Virus record (IMG/VR): IMGVR_UViG_3300048574_000467
Coordinates: 1-49,527 of that record
Length of the DNA: 49,527 nt
Source of the DNA: a virus
Lineage: Duplodnaviria; Caudoviricetes
Strand: one strand, 5' to 3'
Below are positions 1 through 8,206 of the stretch, piece by piece. The notes under the pieces are model-generated. The model saw only the letters and a program-made list of their open reading frames with translations. It did no database searches and was not told the DNA's origin. How positions within the stretch are numbered: position 1 is the first letter of the stretch; every line of letters begins with the position of its first letter. Made by a program: the position numbers and the translations under genes.

Positions 1-513
1 TCAAGGCCAATGTCGCGGGCGGATCGTTATCGGGCGAAATGATGGTCTCTTCTCGTGCTCGGGAATGGGTGGCTTCGGCATCGAGGGTGACCACAGCGGC
101 GACCCGCGGCGACGGGCGCGTTCAGATCGAACGGCCCAGTATGTGTAGAGGACCAAATGCACAAGGATATGCCGCGGGCAGGACTCCAAGAACCAATGCA
201 ATTGCGCCAGCCGCTCGCGTGGCAGCGTCTTGAGTCGCACGGCTCGCATGTCCCAAGGCAACAGAACACCTTGGTCGCAACTCTGCTCGATGGCGAGCAG
301 AAGGCACCAGTCCTCGCCTTCACACAGCCAGTCCCACCATTCCTCGAACTGGTCGCAGAAATCGTCGTCATCCTCCGCGGCCAAGCCGTGCGCCGATAGT
401 TCGTCGGGCAACTCCGCAGCATCGGCCACCACGTAGTCGCGCGATTCCATGTTCTCCATCATCGCCTGCGCCTCGGCGTACCACGGATCGCGTTTGTCTT
501 CCTCATCGATCAT
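1..513 (-). CDS. hypothetical protein (island cargo), acidic N-terminus
   Basis: ORF 1..540, stop at 1-3; protein-like composition; ATG at 513 preferred; no family recognised. Confidence 0.5.
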   Translation of the reverse strand: MIDEEDKRDPWYAEAQAMMENMESRDYVVADAAELPDELSAHGLAAEDDDDFCDQFEEWWDWLCEGEDWCLLLAIEQSCDQGVLLPWDMRAVRLKTLPRERLAQLHWFLESCPRHILVHLVLYTYWAVRSERARRRGSPLWSPSMPKPPIPEHEKRPSFRPITIRPRHWP

Positions 514-588
514 TGGGGGCTTCAGTCCACCGTTGCGCACCTTGGCTCACTTGGACTATGCCAGCCCGCGCCTCCAACGGTCCGTCGG

Positions 589-777
589 TCAAGTTTGCCT
601 CGCGTATGCGCACGAAACAGCTTGGGGCGAGCTGCGCTGCGGCCTAGCCGACGGAAAGTGGCCGCAAACTAGGGCGTGAAGGGCGGCCCTTCCGGCATGT
701 AGCTTTGCCCAAAAATGAAAGCTACGAGTTGCAGCACCACCGCAATGGCGATGAGCCAGTAAAGGAACTGCTTCCAC
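589..777 (-). CDS. small membrane protein (reading MWKQFLYWLIAIAVVLQLVAFIFG; exact frame/limits uncertain)
   Basis: hydrophobic stretch at the C-terminus of ORF 669..914 starting at the ATG near 779; the listed 589..777 ORF is an alternative frame. Confidence 0.25.
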   Translation of the reverse strand: MEAVPLLAHRHCGGAATRSFHFWAKLHAGRAALHALVCGHFPSARPQRSSPQAVSCAYARQT

Positions 778-880
778 ATAGGCAGGCAGTCTAGCCTGTC
801 GCCGTAACGTTCCGGCGCGTGGAAAGAGCGGTCAGCAGGAGCATCGTTGCATGAATTCGGTCTCGCTATCGCGCCTTCGA

Positions 881-1099
881 TCAGCGCCGCCGCAACGCCT
901 CGCGCTGCTCGCATAGCGCCGCGTTCAACTTCCGCGCCAGATCGCGCAACTGCGCGCGAGACCCGCCCTTGAAGCCATTGCGCGACGTGCGCGCTTTGCC
1001 TTCAGCGGTTCGCGGACCGGTTGACTTCGCCCACGGGCGCCAAGTGCGGATCAGCTCGGCCTGCCGCGCTCGGCGCTCCGGAGTCCAACCATTGCCCAT
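881..1099 (-). CDS. small basic protein related to HGGxSTG-domain proteins
   Basis: MGNGWTPERRARQAELI...KSTGPRTAEGKARTSRNGFKGG; STGP(R/K)T.EG motif typical of integrated-element proteins. Confidence 0.6.
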   Translation of the reverse strand: MGNGWTPERRARQAELIRTWRPWAKSTGPRTAEGKARTSRNGFKGGSRAQLRDLARKLNAALCEQREALRRR

Positions 1100-1667
1100 G
1101 CTGCTGCTCCAATAGTCCGCTCGGCGCGGGCGTTGCATTCGCCGCGTGCGCAGGGGTCTGCCCTGCGGTCGGCGCCGCGCCGTTGTTCACCTGCTGCTGT
1201 CCGCCGTTGTTGATGTTCGCCTGCCGCGCGATCACTACGGGCGGGTTCTTGATCGTCGCCAGGGTTTCCAGCGTCGCGCGGCACTGGCCTTGCGCTTTCA
1301 GTGCCAGGCGCAAATAGGTTTCCGTCGCACTCATGTACTGGCCCATGTTGCTTGCCGCGCGTCGCGCAAGGTTCACGAAGATCGCTTGCAGCGCGTGAGC
1401 CTGCCCGAACAGCATTGCCTCGGCGCGCTTCATGTCGCCGGCCTGCATGTCCTTCATGTCATCGGCCAGAGTATCGAGCAGCGTCCGCAGCGCGTCGTCC
1501 TTCAAGCCAAACTCCCCGCCGTAACCCGCCATCACAAGGGCAGCATTGACGCTCGGGAGCACAGTCGCCTTCGCCAAGGCGTCGGCCATCTTGCGGTCCG
1601 GTGCGGGCGCGGGGAGCGCTGCCTTCTTTCCCTCGGCGTTCGTGCCGGGCTTCTTCTTCGTCGTCAT
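1002..1667 (-). CDS. conserved island hypothetical protein
   Basis: 221 aa; YLRLALKAQGQCRATLETLATIKNPPVVIARQANI motif; in operon with primase/helicase genes. Confidence 0.7.
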   Translation of the reverse strand: MTTKKKPGTNAEGKKAALPAPAPDRKMADALAKATVLPSVNAALVMAGYGGEFGLKDDALRTLLDTLADDMKDMQAGDMKRAEAMLFGQAHALQAIFVNLARRAASNMGQYMSATETYLRLALKAQGQCRATLETLATIKNPPVVIARQANINNGGQQQVNNGAAPTAGQTPAHAANATPAPSGLLEQQHGQWLDSGAPSAAGRADPHLAPVGEVNRSANR

Positions 1668-1671
1668 CGCG

Positions 1672-2364
1672 TCACCCCTTCGATTGAAAGCCGGCGCAGC
1701 GCTGCATCGTCGTCACCAGCGCGGCCGGCAGATCGCGCCCTACGTCGGCCGCGTGATGGTTGCCGCAGTGCCATGCGCCGGCTCGGCCGCACAGGTGCCG
1801 ACACTCGACGCAAAGCGCGCGGTCGTCGCCTTGCACGTCGCGCAGGTGCAGCCGCTCGGCCAAGTCGTCGGCGTCGGTCGCATTGAATCCTCGGCGCATC
1901 AGCAGCGCCACGCGCGCCACGAATCGCGCTATGGCAGCGTCATCCCAGGCTTCGGCGTACGCGGCATCGCCTTCGGCCGGCGTGAGTTTGTAGGGACGAT
2001 CTGGCGCCTTTGCGGATGCCTTCGGCTTGAACGCCGAGCACGTCGCCGCGTGGCCCTCGGGCGCCCAGAGAATCGCGAACGTCGATCCTGCGGGGAGCAG
2101 TCCGGCCTCGATCGGCTTGCGGCAGTTCCCGTACTGCGCCGGGTTCGCGCAGTCGCGGCAGGTGCGGGGCAGATCGTTCGCCGCACCCCCAACCGGGGGA
2201 GAAAATTTCCCGTACCCCCTCACCCGCTCACCCTCAAAAGGTTCAAAACCCCCTTTTGAGGGTTTCGAGGGTGCCCCCATAGGGGGGTGCCGAGGTTTTT
2301 CCTCGGCCTCGCGGGACTCGTTGCCTGCGAGATGCGCGGCCAGCGCTTCCGCCCACTTACCCAC
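1672..2364 (-). CDS. hypothetical protein with Cys clusters (CxxC)
   Basis: 230 aa, overlaps DUF3987 stop; CRDC...C and CVEC...C motifs. Confidence 0.65.
   Translation of the reverse strand: MGKWAEALAAHLAGNESREAEEKPRHPPMGAPSKPSKGGFEPFEGERVRGYGKFSPPVGGAANDLPRTCRDCANPAQYGNCRKPIEAGLLPAGSTFAILWAPEGHAATCSAFKPKASAKAPDRPYKLTPAEGDAAYAEAWDDAAIARFVARVALLMRRGFNATDADDLAERLHLRDVQGDDRALCVECRHLCGRAGAWHCGNHHAADVGRDLPAALVTTMQRCAGFQSKG
2230..2263. repeat. 12-bp perfect inverted repeat ACCCTCAAAAGG/CCTTTTGAGGGT, candidate island replication origin
   Basis: arms 2230-2241 and 2252-2263, related half-sites nearby, AT-richer patch just downstream of the helicase gene; ori role is inference. Confidence 0.5.
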
Positions 2365-3892
2365 GGCGCGCGCCCTCGGTCAGGCTGTAGAGCATCTTCG
2401 GCCGGCCGCCGGTGGCGGTATCGAACTCGGTAAGCCAGCCGTGAACGGTCAGCAGGTCGAGTGCATCGCTTACGTCCGCATGCTCCGACAGCCCGGACCA
2501 GCCGCGTTGATGCAAGTCGCGCAGCGTGAACGACTCCGGCAGATCGCCGGCATTGGCCTTGTCCACGATCAGCTTCGCGGCGCGCACCGCCAATCGCCGG
2601 CCGCTTGCGTGCAAGCGTTTGGCGTGGCTCGCGAAATACTCGCCGAGCGTCAGCGCGCGCAGCATCGCACCCTGCGCGACTGGCCCGGTGCCGCCGTCGA
2701 TCACATGCAGCAGCAGCGCGAGCGCTGGGACATGGTGGCGGAACTTCGATAGCGCCGCTTCCAGCCCTTCGGCTTCGGCCGCGCGAAGCTCGCCTTGCAG
2801 GTCCGCGTGCCACTTGGAGAACACTTCTCGCGCGTCATGGTCAAGGCGCAGGAACGGCAGTCCGCGCTCGTTGCCATCCGGGTCATGATCGCGCTCGGCG
2901 CCGAGTGCATCGGCATCCAGTGCGTCGAGTCGGGCGAAGGCTTCCCATGCCGCGCGCCGCGCCGCCGAGTCGGGCCATCGGTCAACCTCGCGCCAGTTCT
3001 TCGGCGCATCGGGCCAGGCGATCAGGAATCGCTCGGTCATGCCGTCGTCGCCCGCGCCGCGACGGGCCCGGCGCACCAGATCGCAAAGCGGCCCGGGCTG
3101 GATGCCGCCGATCATGGACAGCCGGGCATCCGGTACGGTCACGGTGCCGCGTCCGATGCGATCGAAGGTGTAGCGCCCGCCGCTCCATGCTTGCAGGTAG
3201 AACGCGCGCGCAGGCGCCGATTCTTCGCGCGCCAGGTGCAGCAGCAGACCGCGCACTTCGTCGCGCACGCTCAGCACGCCGTCGGGGTTTTGCGCCAGAA
3301 CTTCGCCGAGCTTTTCGTAGGTCAGATCGTTGACGACGTAGCGCGGGCGGACCGGTGCATCCGCATCTTCGTCGTCGGCGTCGCGCAGCAGGTCCGACAG
3401 GTCGGCGCCCGGGTTTTTCTTGAGCGCCGCGCGTGCCGCCTTCATGTTTGCCTCGGCGCGCAGCTTTGCGGCGAGCGCATCGGCGCGATGCTGCGTCATC
3501 TGTGCGTTGAACGCCTCGGCCGCGCGAGCTTCTAGCCGATCCATCGGCGCGAGCGCCTGCGCCATCGCGGGCGACTTCATGATGCCCGGGCGCCCCACGA
3601 TCAGCGCCCACAGATTGCCGCGCTCGGTCCAATCGGTGCGCCGTTGCGGGCGGATCGCAACCCGCCGCGCAACGAGACTCGCGGCCGCAACCAGCATCGG
3701 CACGGCCACGAAGTCAGAGGCACACTGCATCCGCTCGGCAACGTCGCTCACCTGCGGGCGCAGTGCGTCGGGCAGCGCCGCGAGCGGGAACGGATCGACG
3801 GGCGGCAGTTCGTCGGGCAGTGCGCGCGGCGCCTCGGCTGGCACTTTGCCGACACTGTGCGCGTGCGCCAGGTCTTCGATGACCGCGCTCAT
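2357..3892 (-). CDS. DUF3987/YfjI-family P-loop replication protein (helicase-like)
   Basis: Walker A-like GRPGIMKS, RDE motif, DRIGRG, GGIQP; C-terminal winged helix ending TGGRP. Confidence 0.8.
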   Translation of the reverse strand: MSAVIEDLAHAHSVGKVPAEAPRALPDELPPVDPFPLAALPDALRPQVSDVAERMQCASDFVAVPMLVAAASLVARRVAIRPQRRTDWTERGNLWALIVGRPGIMKSPAMAQALAPMDRLEARAAEAFNAQMTQHRADALAAKLRAEANMKAARAALKKNPGADLSDLLRDADDEDADAPVRPRYVVNDLTYEKLGEVLAQNPDGVLSVRDEVRGLLLHLAREESAPARAFYLQAWSGGRYTFDRIGRGTVTVPDARLSMIGGIQPGPLCDLVRRARRGAGDDGMTERFLIAWPDAPKNWREVDRWPDSAARRAAWEAFARLDALDADALGAERDHDPDGNERGLPFLRLDHDAREVFSKWHADLQGELRAAEAEGLEAALSKFRHHVPALALLLHVIDGGTGPVAQGAMLRALTLGEYFASHAKRLHASGRRLAVRAAKLIVDKANAGDLPESFTLRDLHQRGWSGLSEHADVSDALDLLTVHGWLTEFDTATGGRPKMLYSLTEGARRG

Positions 3893-4851
3893 GATTGCGC
3901 CCCCTCGATCATCGCCGCATCGCGCCGTGCCCAAACGTCGCACCAGTCCGAACCCGGATCGGTCGGCGCCAGCACGTTGACGCTCAGCCCGGCAGCGCGC
4001 GCACGCTGGCGCAGCTTGTCGGCCGCGTCGGCGCCGGCTGGATCATGGTCGGCGAAGATGACGATGCGGCGCACGCCGATAGGCCACTGCCACGCGGCGA
4101 GGTTGCCGGCGCAGTACGCGGCGACAGTCGGCACGGATGACGCGCACCATGCGGCGAGCGCGGTTTCGATGCCCTCGGCGATGCCGATGCAACCCTTTTC
4201 CGGCCCGAACATCGCGATGCAGGCGCCAGCCAGCGGCCCGGATGCGCTCGTCAACTTCTTGACGCTCGGGACTTCGGCCTTGCGCCCGTCGCGCGTCAGG
4301 TAGGTGCGATGCAGAGCGACGATGCGGCGATCACGTCCGGTCAGCGGCGCCAGCATCGCGGGATAGGTGCCGATGCGCTCGCCGTCATGCCAGTACGGCA
4401 GCGCCGGGTGATAGCGCAGACACGCGGGCAGCGGCCAGACGCCAGCGAAGCCACGGCGCTTCAGGTACAGCGTCGCCGGGTCGCCGGGCACCAGCGCCGA
4501 GCACGTCGCCCACAGTGCGGCGATGCGCTCGGCGTTGCGCGCCCATCTTCGATGCTGCTCTGCATGCCGCTCGGCTGCGGCCTGTGCGACGTGCCGCGCG
4601 AGGTTCGCGCGCTCGCGCTGCGTCATTTTGCTGCGCTCGATCGCGGTCCACGTCTCGACGACACCCGTGCGGAAATCTCCGAACACGCCGCCGCGCAGGT
4701 CGGCGAACAGCTTGCACCAGCCCGCCGAATCGCCGCGTTTGCCGTTCGTCGCAAAGCGGTACAGCCTGCCCGGCTCGATCACGTCCGGAAGCGTCGCGTC
4801 CGCGAGCGCGGCCAGGATCGCGTTGCGCAATTGCTCGATCGCGCTATTCAT
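3889..4851 (-). CDS. Toprim-domain primase-like protein
   Basis: HRTYL, AEGIETALA, IFADHD Toprim motifs; C-terminal GSDWCD. Confidence 0.85.
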   Translation of the reverse strand: MNSAIEQLRNAILAALADATLPDVIEPGRLYRFATNGKRGDSAGWCKLFADLRGGVFGDFRTGVVETWTAIERSKMTQRERANLARHVAQAAAERHAEQHRRWARNAERIAALWATCSALVPGDPATLYLKRRGFAGVWPLPACLRYHPALPYWHDGERIGTYPAMLAPLTGRDRRIVALHRTYLTRDGRKAEVPSVKKLTSASGPLAGACIAMFGPEKGCIGIAEGIETALAAWCASSVPTVAAYCAGNLAAWQWPIGVRRIVIFADHDPAGADAADKLRQRARAAGLSVNVLAPTDPGSDWCDVWARRDAAMIEGAQS

Positions 4852-5098
4852 GGCTCACCCCTGCACGCTCGATCAGCCATTGCGCCCACGCGGCCGGGAA
4901 GCCCCAGCACGCGGCGAGCACGATCAGCCGCTTGACAGTGCGCCGCGCTTGCCGTGATGCACGGTGCGCGCGACAATCGAGGCTTACTGATTGAGCTTGT
5001 CCCCTGAAGCCCTGCGCCGTGCGACCGGCCGGGGCTTCGTCACTTGTGGGCGCACTCGCCCCCGGCGCTGCAGCGCCGCCATTGCGTGCGGTCGCCAT
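4844..5098 (-). CDS. hypothetical protein
   Basis: 84 aa, translationally coupled between alpA and primase. Confidence 0.55.
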   Translation of the reverse strand: MATARNGGAAAPGASAPTSDEAPAGRTAQGFRGQAQSVSLDCRAHRASRQARRTVKRLIVLAACWGFPAAWAQWLIERAGVSHE

Positions 5099-5101
5099 GG
5101 C

Positions 5102-5350
5102 TCACGCTCCGCCCTGCGCGGCAAGCCAGGCAATCAGGTCGCCGGCCCGGATGCGGGTGCAGCGCGCGCCCATCTTGATGAGCTTCGGGAAAGTCGGATC
5201 GCTCCCCGCCTTGCGATAGAGCGTCGCCACTGACAGGCCCGCGATCTGCTCGGCGGTCTTCATGCGCAGCAGCGCGTCGGCGAGCTGCGCGACGTGCAGC
5301 GGCTGCGGGTTGCGGTCATTGCCGCGCGTGGCGTTTTTCGCACCTTGCAT
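5102..5350 (-). CDS. alpA: AlpA-family transcriptional regulator/excisionase
   Basis: LLRMKTAEQIAGLSVATLYRK...FPKLIKMGARCTR...LIAWL. Confidence 0.85.
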   Translation of the reverse strand: MQGAKNATRGNDRNPQPLHVAQLADALLRMKTAEQIAGLSVATLYRKAGSDPTFPKLIKMGARCTRIRAGDLIAWLAAQGGA

Positions 5351-5795
5351 GCTTTCGATCCTCAAAACAGGTCAAAACATGCGCCAAGGTGAAACGCCAG
5401 TGCCGCAAAAGCGGTCGCTGATGTATCCTGCCAGTGTCCGGAAGCAATGGACACGGCGCCTCGGCGCCCGGGGCCCCAAAGCGCGCCAACGCCTCGGGGT
5501 CCCACCTTTTTTGTCGCGTCAATTCAGTCGCGACAATCGAGCATACGTTTTTCGTGCGCCGACTTCACCCCCTCTTTGCCGTTATTCGCGGACGTGCGCC
5601 GAAAAGGTTATGCGAAGTTCCACGAATTTCGCCTTCCACGCGGCCGGCCGCTCATAGGTGATTGGTGCGCAGCGAACGTGCGCCGATAGGGGGAGTCGCC
5701 GACGACGACATTCTTCAGGTTCTCGCTGGCGAATCCCGCAGTCAGCGCTGCGGGATTGGTTCAGTCGGCGCCCGGCGAAAAATCGGGCGGCGGTT

Positions 5796-6011
5796 CTACT
5801 CCACGCCGAAGACGCGCAGCTCGTCAGGCAGTGGGCGCCCGCGATGCGTGAGCTTGCGCTTCTCGGCTTCATCGGCCAGACGCGCCAGCGCGTAGGCGAG
5901 TTGCCGAATCTGGCGCGGGCGCAGCTCGGCGCCGTCGCCGGGAAGCCCGTCGATCACGGCCAGCGGCCCGCCATCGTAGGCGCTGGTCAGTCTCACGCGC
6001 AGCGCTTTCAT
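5796..6011 (-). CDS. hypothetical protein
   Basis: 71 aa, ATGA overlap with integrase stop; followed by hairpin about 5769-5790. Confidence 0.6.
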   Translation of the reverse strand: MKALRVRLTSAYDGGPLAVIDGLPGDGAELRPRQIRQLAYALARLADEAEKRKLTHRGRPLPDELRVFGVE

Positions 6012-7259
6012 GCTGCTCTCGCCGGCAGTTGGATGACCTTCGCCTCGTTCAGCAGGAAGTCGCCCCAGGCTTGGAGCAGCGCCCGGCGCTCGTCATCGAA
6101 GCTCGCGCGGCAGTAGGCGGCTCGGGTCTTGTCCTTCTCGGCGTGCGCGAGCGCGGCTTCGATCACGTCGGGGCGGGCAATGCCAAGTTCGTTCGCCCAG
6201 GTCGAGAAGGTGGCTCGCGCCAGCCCGTGAACCGTCGTTCGCGAGCGCAGGCCCAGGCGCGAAAGCGCGGTCAACATCGCCATGTTCGATAGCGGCTTGC
6301 CGTCTGCGGCCGGCGACGGAAACACCAGATCGTCAGCAAGCCCGCGCGCTCGCGCAAGCACAGCCAGCGCCTGCGAAGTGAGCGGCACGTCATGCGTCCG
6401 GCGAGCCTTCATCCGCTCGGCCGGGATACGCCAAGTCTTTGCCGTCAGGTCGATTTCGCACCAGCGCGCGCCGAGCACTTCGCCAGTGCGGGAAGCCGTG
6501 AGAACTGCGAACATCAACGCCAGAGCAGCGCTGCCTTCGGCGTCGGACAGCAGCCGCAGCGCGGCCGGCGCATCGGCGTAGGCAAGCGCGCGGTGCCCGC
6601 CGCGTCTGCGCTTGGGGGCGGCCTCGGCGATCTTGCGCCGAGTGCCAGCGCCGGCCGGGTTGCTCGCCGCGCGCTCATGAAAGATGGCGTCATCCCAGAC
6701 TGCGGCCAGCCGCTGCAACACCCGGCTTCGCGTCTCGCCGAGCCGGTCGGCCTTGCCGAACTGGCGCGCGCGCGGATGAGGCTTCATCGCGAGCAGCGCG
6801 GCGACGACTTGCGGCGCCGTGATGGCGACGATTGGCGCATGCCACAGTGCGCCGGGGATGTGATTCTCCAAGCTCGCAATCCACTGCGCCGCGTGCTTGG
6901 CCGACTTCTTCGGTTCGATGGCGCGAGCGTGATAGTCGCGTGCGCAGCGTGCAAGCGTCCAATGCTCGACCTCGCGGGTTGCCTTCGCCTCGGTCGTCTC
7001 ACGCGCCAGCTCGGCGCGGGCGTCGGCGCGCACCTGTTGCCGCTCGGCCAGCGGATCGACGCCACGCGCGAGCTTGCCGCGCGCCTCGATCACCAGCGCT
7101 CGCGTCCGCTCCAAGGACTCGCCGGCCGCTCGCTGGCTTTTGCGCGGGCATGTGCCGAGCCCCATTTCGCGGCGCCGGCCATCCGGTGCGGTGAAGCGCC
7201 AGGCCCACGCGGCGCCGGATGGCTTGACGCGCAGCAGCAGCCCGCCGCCGTCGTCGCAA
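6008..7259 (-). pseudogene. P4-family tyrosine integrase, main body, interrupted by prophage
   Basis: DGGGLLLRV...W.WRF...GRRREMGLG arm domain; catalytic R (ASRTGE), K (MKA), HGLAR, LAH, AAY; no start codon on this side of the prophage end. Confidence 0.9.
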
Positions 7260-7307
7260 TGTACGGCTGCGATCGGTTTGACGCAGATTTGCACGCGGTT
7301 TGACGCG
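7260..7307 (+). repeat. prophage tail-side end with two transposase-binding repeats CGGTTTGACGC
   Basis: copies at 7274 and 7296, 22 bp apart, after terminal TGT. Confidence 0.85.
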
Positions 7308-7317
7308 GCGGCGGGCG

Positions 7318-8172
7318 CTACGCGAGGGTGATTGCGAGGGTGTCGGCGGGGTGGGTCTGGGGGCTGGAGCCGGCGGTGACGGTGCGGCTGGCGGCGAGGG
7401 GGGCCCAGAAGAGAAGGCCATAGCCGTCGATGCTGCTGAACAGGCCCTCGTGGGTGACGGTGCCCCAGTCGGCAGTGGGGGCGGGATAGGCGAGCGCGGC
7501 GTTGTTGCTGATGCGCCCGCTGTTGCCGCTGCTGGCCGCCGTGCTGCCGGGTGCCTGCGTGCCGCTCCATGCGGCAAGGCTCGAGGCGATGGCGGCGCGC
7601 GCGTAACTGCCGCCCGCGCACTCGGTGCCGCCGCCGGCGCTGCTCGGGGCGGAGGTGAACAGGCCGGCGTAGAGGGTCGCGGGCCATGAATATGGCTGCG
7701 CGCGCCAGATCAGATCGATCAGGCTGTTGCTGGCCCAGTTCGTCAGCCCGCCGGATATCCCGAGAGATACTGCGACGCCGCCCGCGGCGATACTCACGGC
7801 CTGGCCGGCGCCGATGACGATCGGGCTTGCCCGCGGGACCGCCGCCCAGCAGTTTCCGCCGCTGGCCGCATCGAACATGCCGACGTGCGTGGCGGTGCCC
7901 CAGGCGCTGCCGCTCGTGCCCCAGTCGAGCGCGGCGTTGTTGCTGGTCGTGTGGCTCGAGCCGGTGCTCGCCAGCATCGAGCCGGGCGCCTGGGTGCCGG
8001 CGTAGTTTCCCAGGTTGCGGATGAGCGGGACCCGCGCGTAGCCGGTGCCGGAAAGCTCGGTCACGCTCGAATCGCTCGCCGCCGACAGCAGCCCCCAGTA
8101 CCAGGCCGCCGGCAGCGTGAGGCCCTGCCCGCGAAAGAAATCCGCGAGCTTGTTTTCCATGTAGTCGGTCAT
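7318..8172 (-). CDS. tail fibre-associated protein with two tandem homologous domains
   Basis: MTDYMENKLADFFRGQ... and LTNWASNSLIDLIWRAQ... halves, both containing GTQAPGS and WGT.TH.G.F; last gene of tail operon. Confidence 0.7.
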   Translation of the reverse strand: MTDYMENKLADFFRGQGLTLPAAWYWGLLSAASDSSVTELSGTGYARVPLIRNLGNYAGTQAPGSMLASTGSSHTTSNNAALDWGTSGSAWGTATHVGMFDAASGGNCWAAVPRASPIVIGAGQAVSIAAGGVAVSLGISGGLTNWASNSLIDLIWRAQPYSWPATLYAGLFTSAPSSAGGGTECAGGSYARAAIASSLAAWSGTQAPGSTAASSGNSGRISNNAALAYPAPTADWGTVTHEGLFSSIDGYGLLFWAPLAASRTVTAGSSPQTHPADTLAITLA

Positions 8173-8206
8173 GCGGCTCATAAGTAAATCCTTGTCGGGT
8201 TTGCGT

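Noticed and set aside
5366-5795. Gene between alpA and the 5796 ORF
   Set aside because: Only short overlapping ORFs without convincing starts or motifs; may be regulatory or decayed
6008-7687. 559-aa integrase as called in the ORF track
   Set aside because: Sequence above 7259 is prophage end and an alternate frame of the tail gene; the true start is at 49290
7260-8200. gin invertase / mom modification module expected at the Mu right end
   Set aside because: Not present; the tail gene ends 58 bp from the terminus
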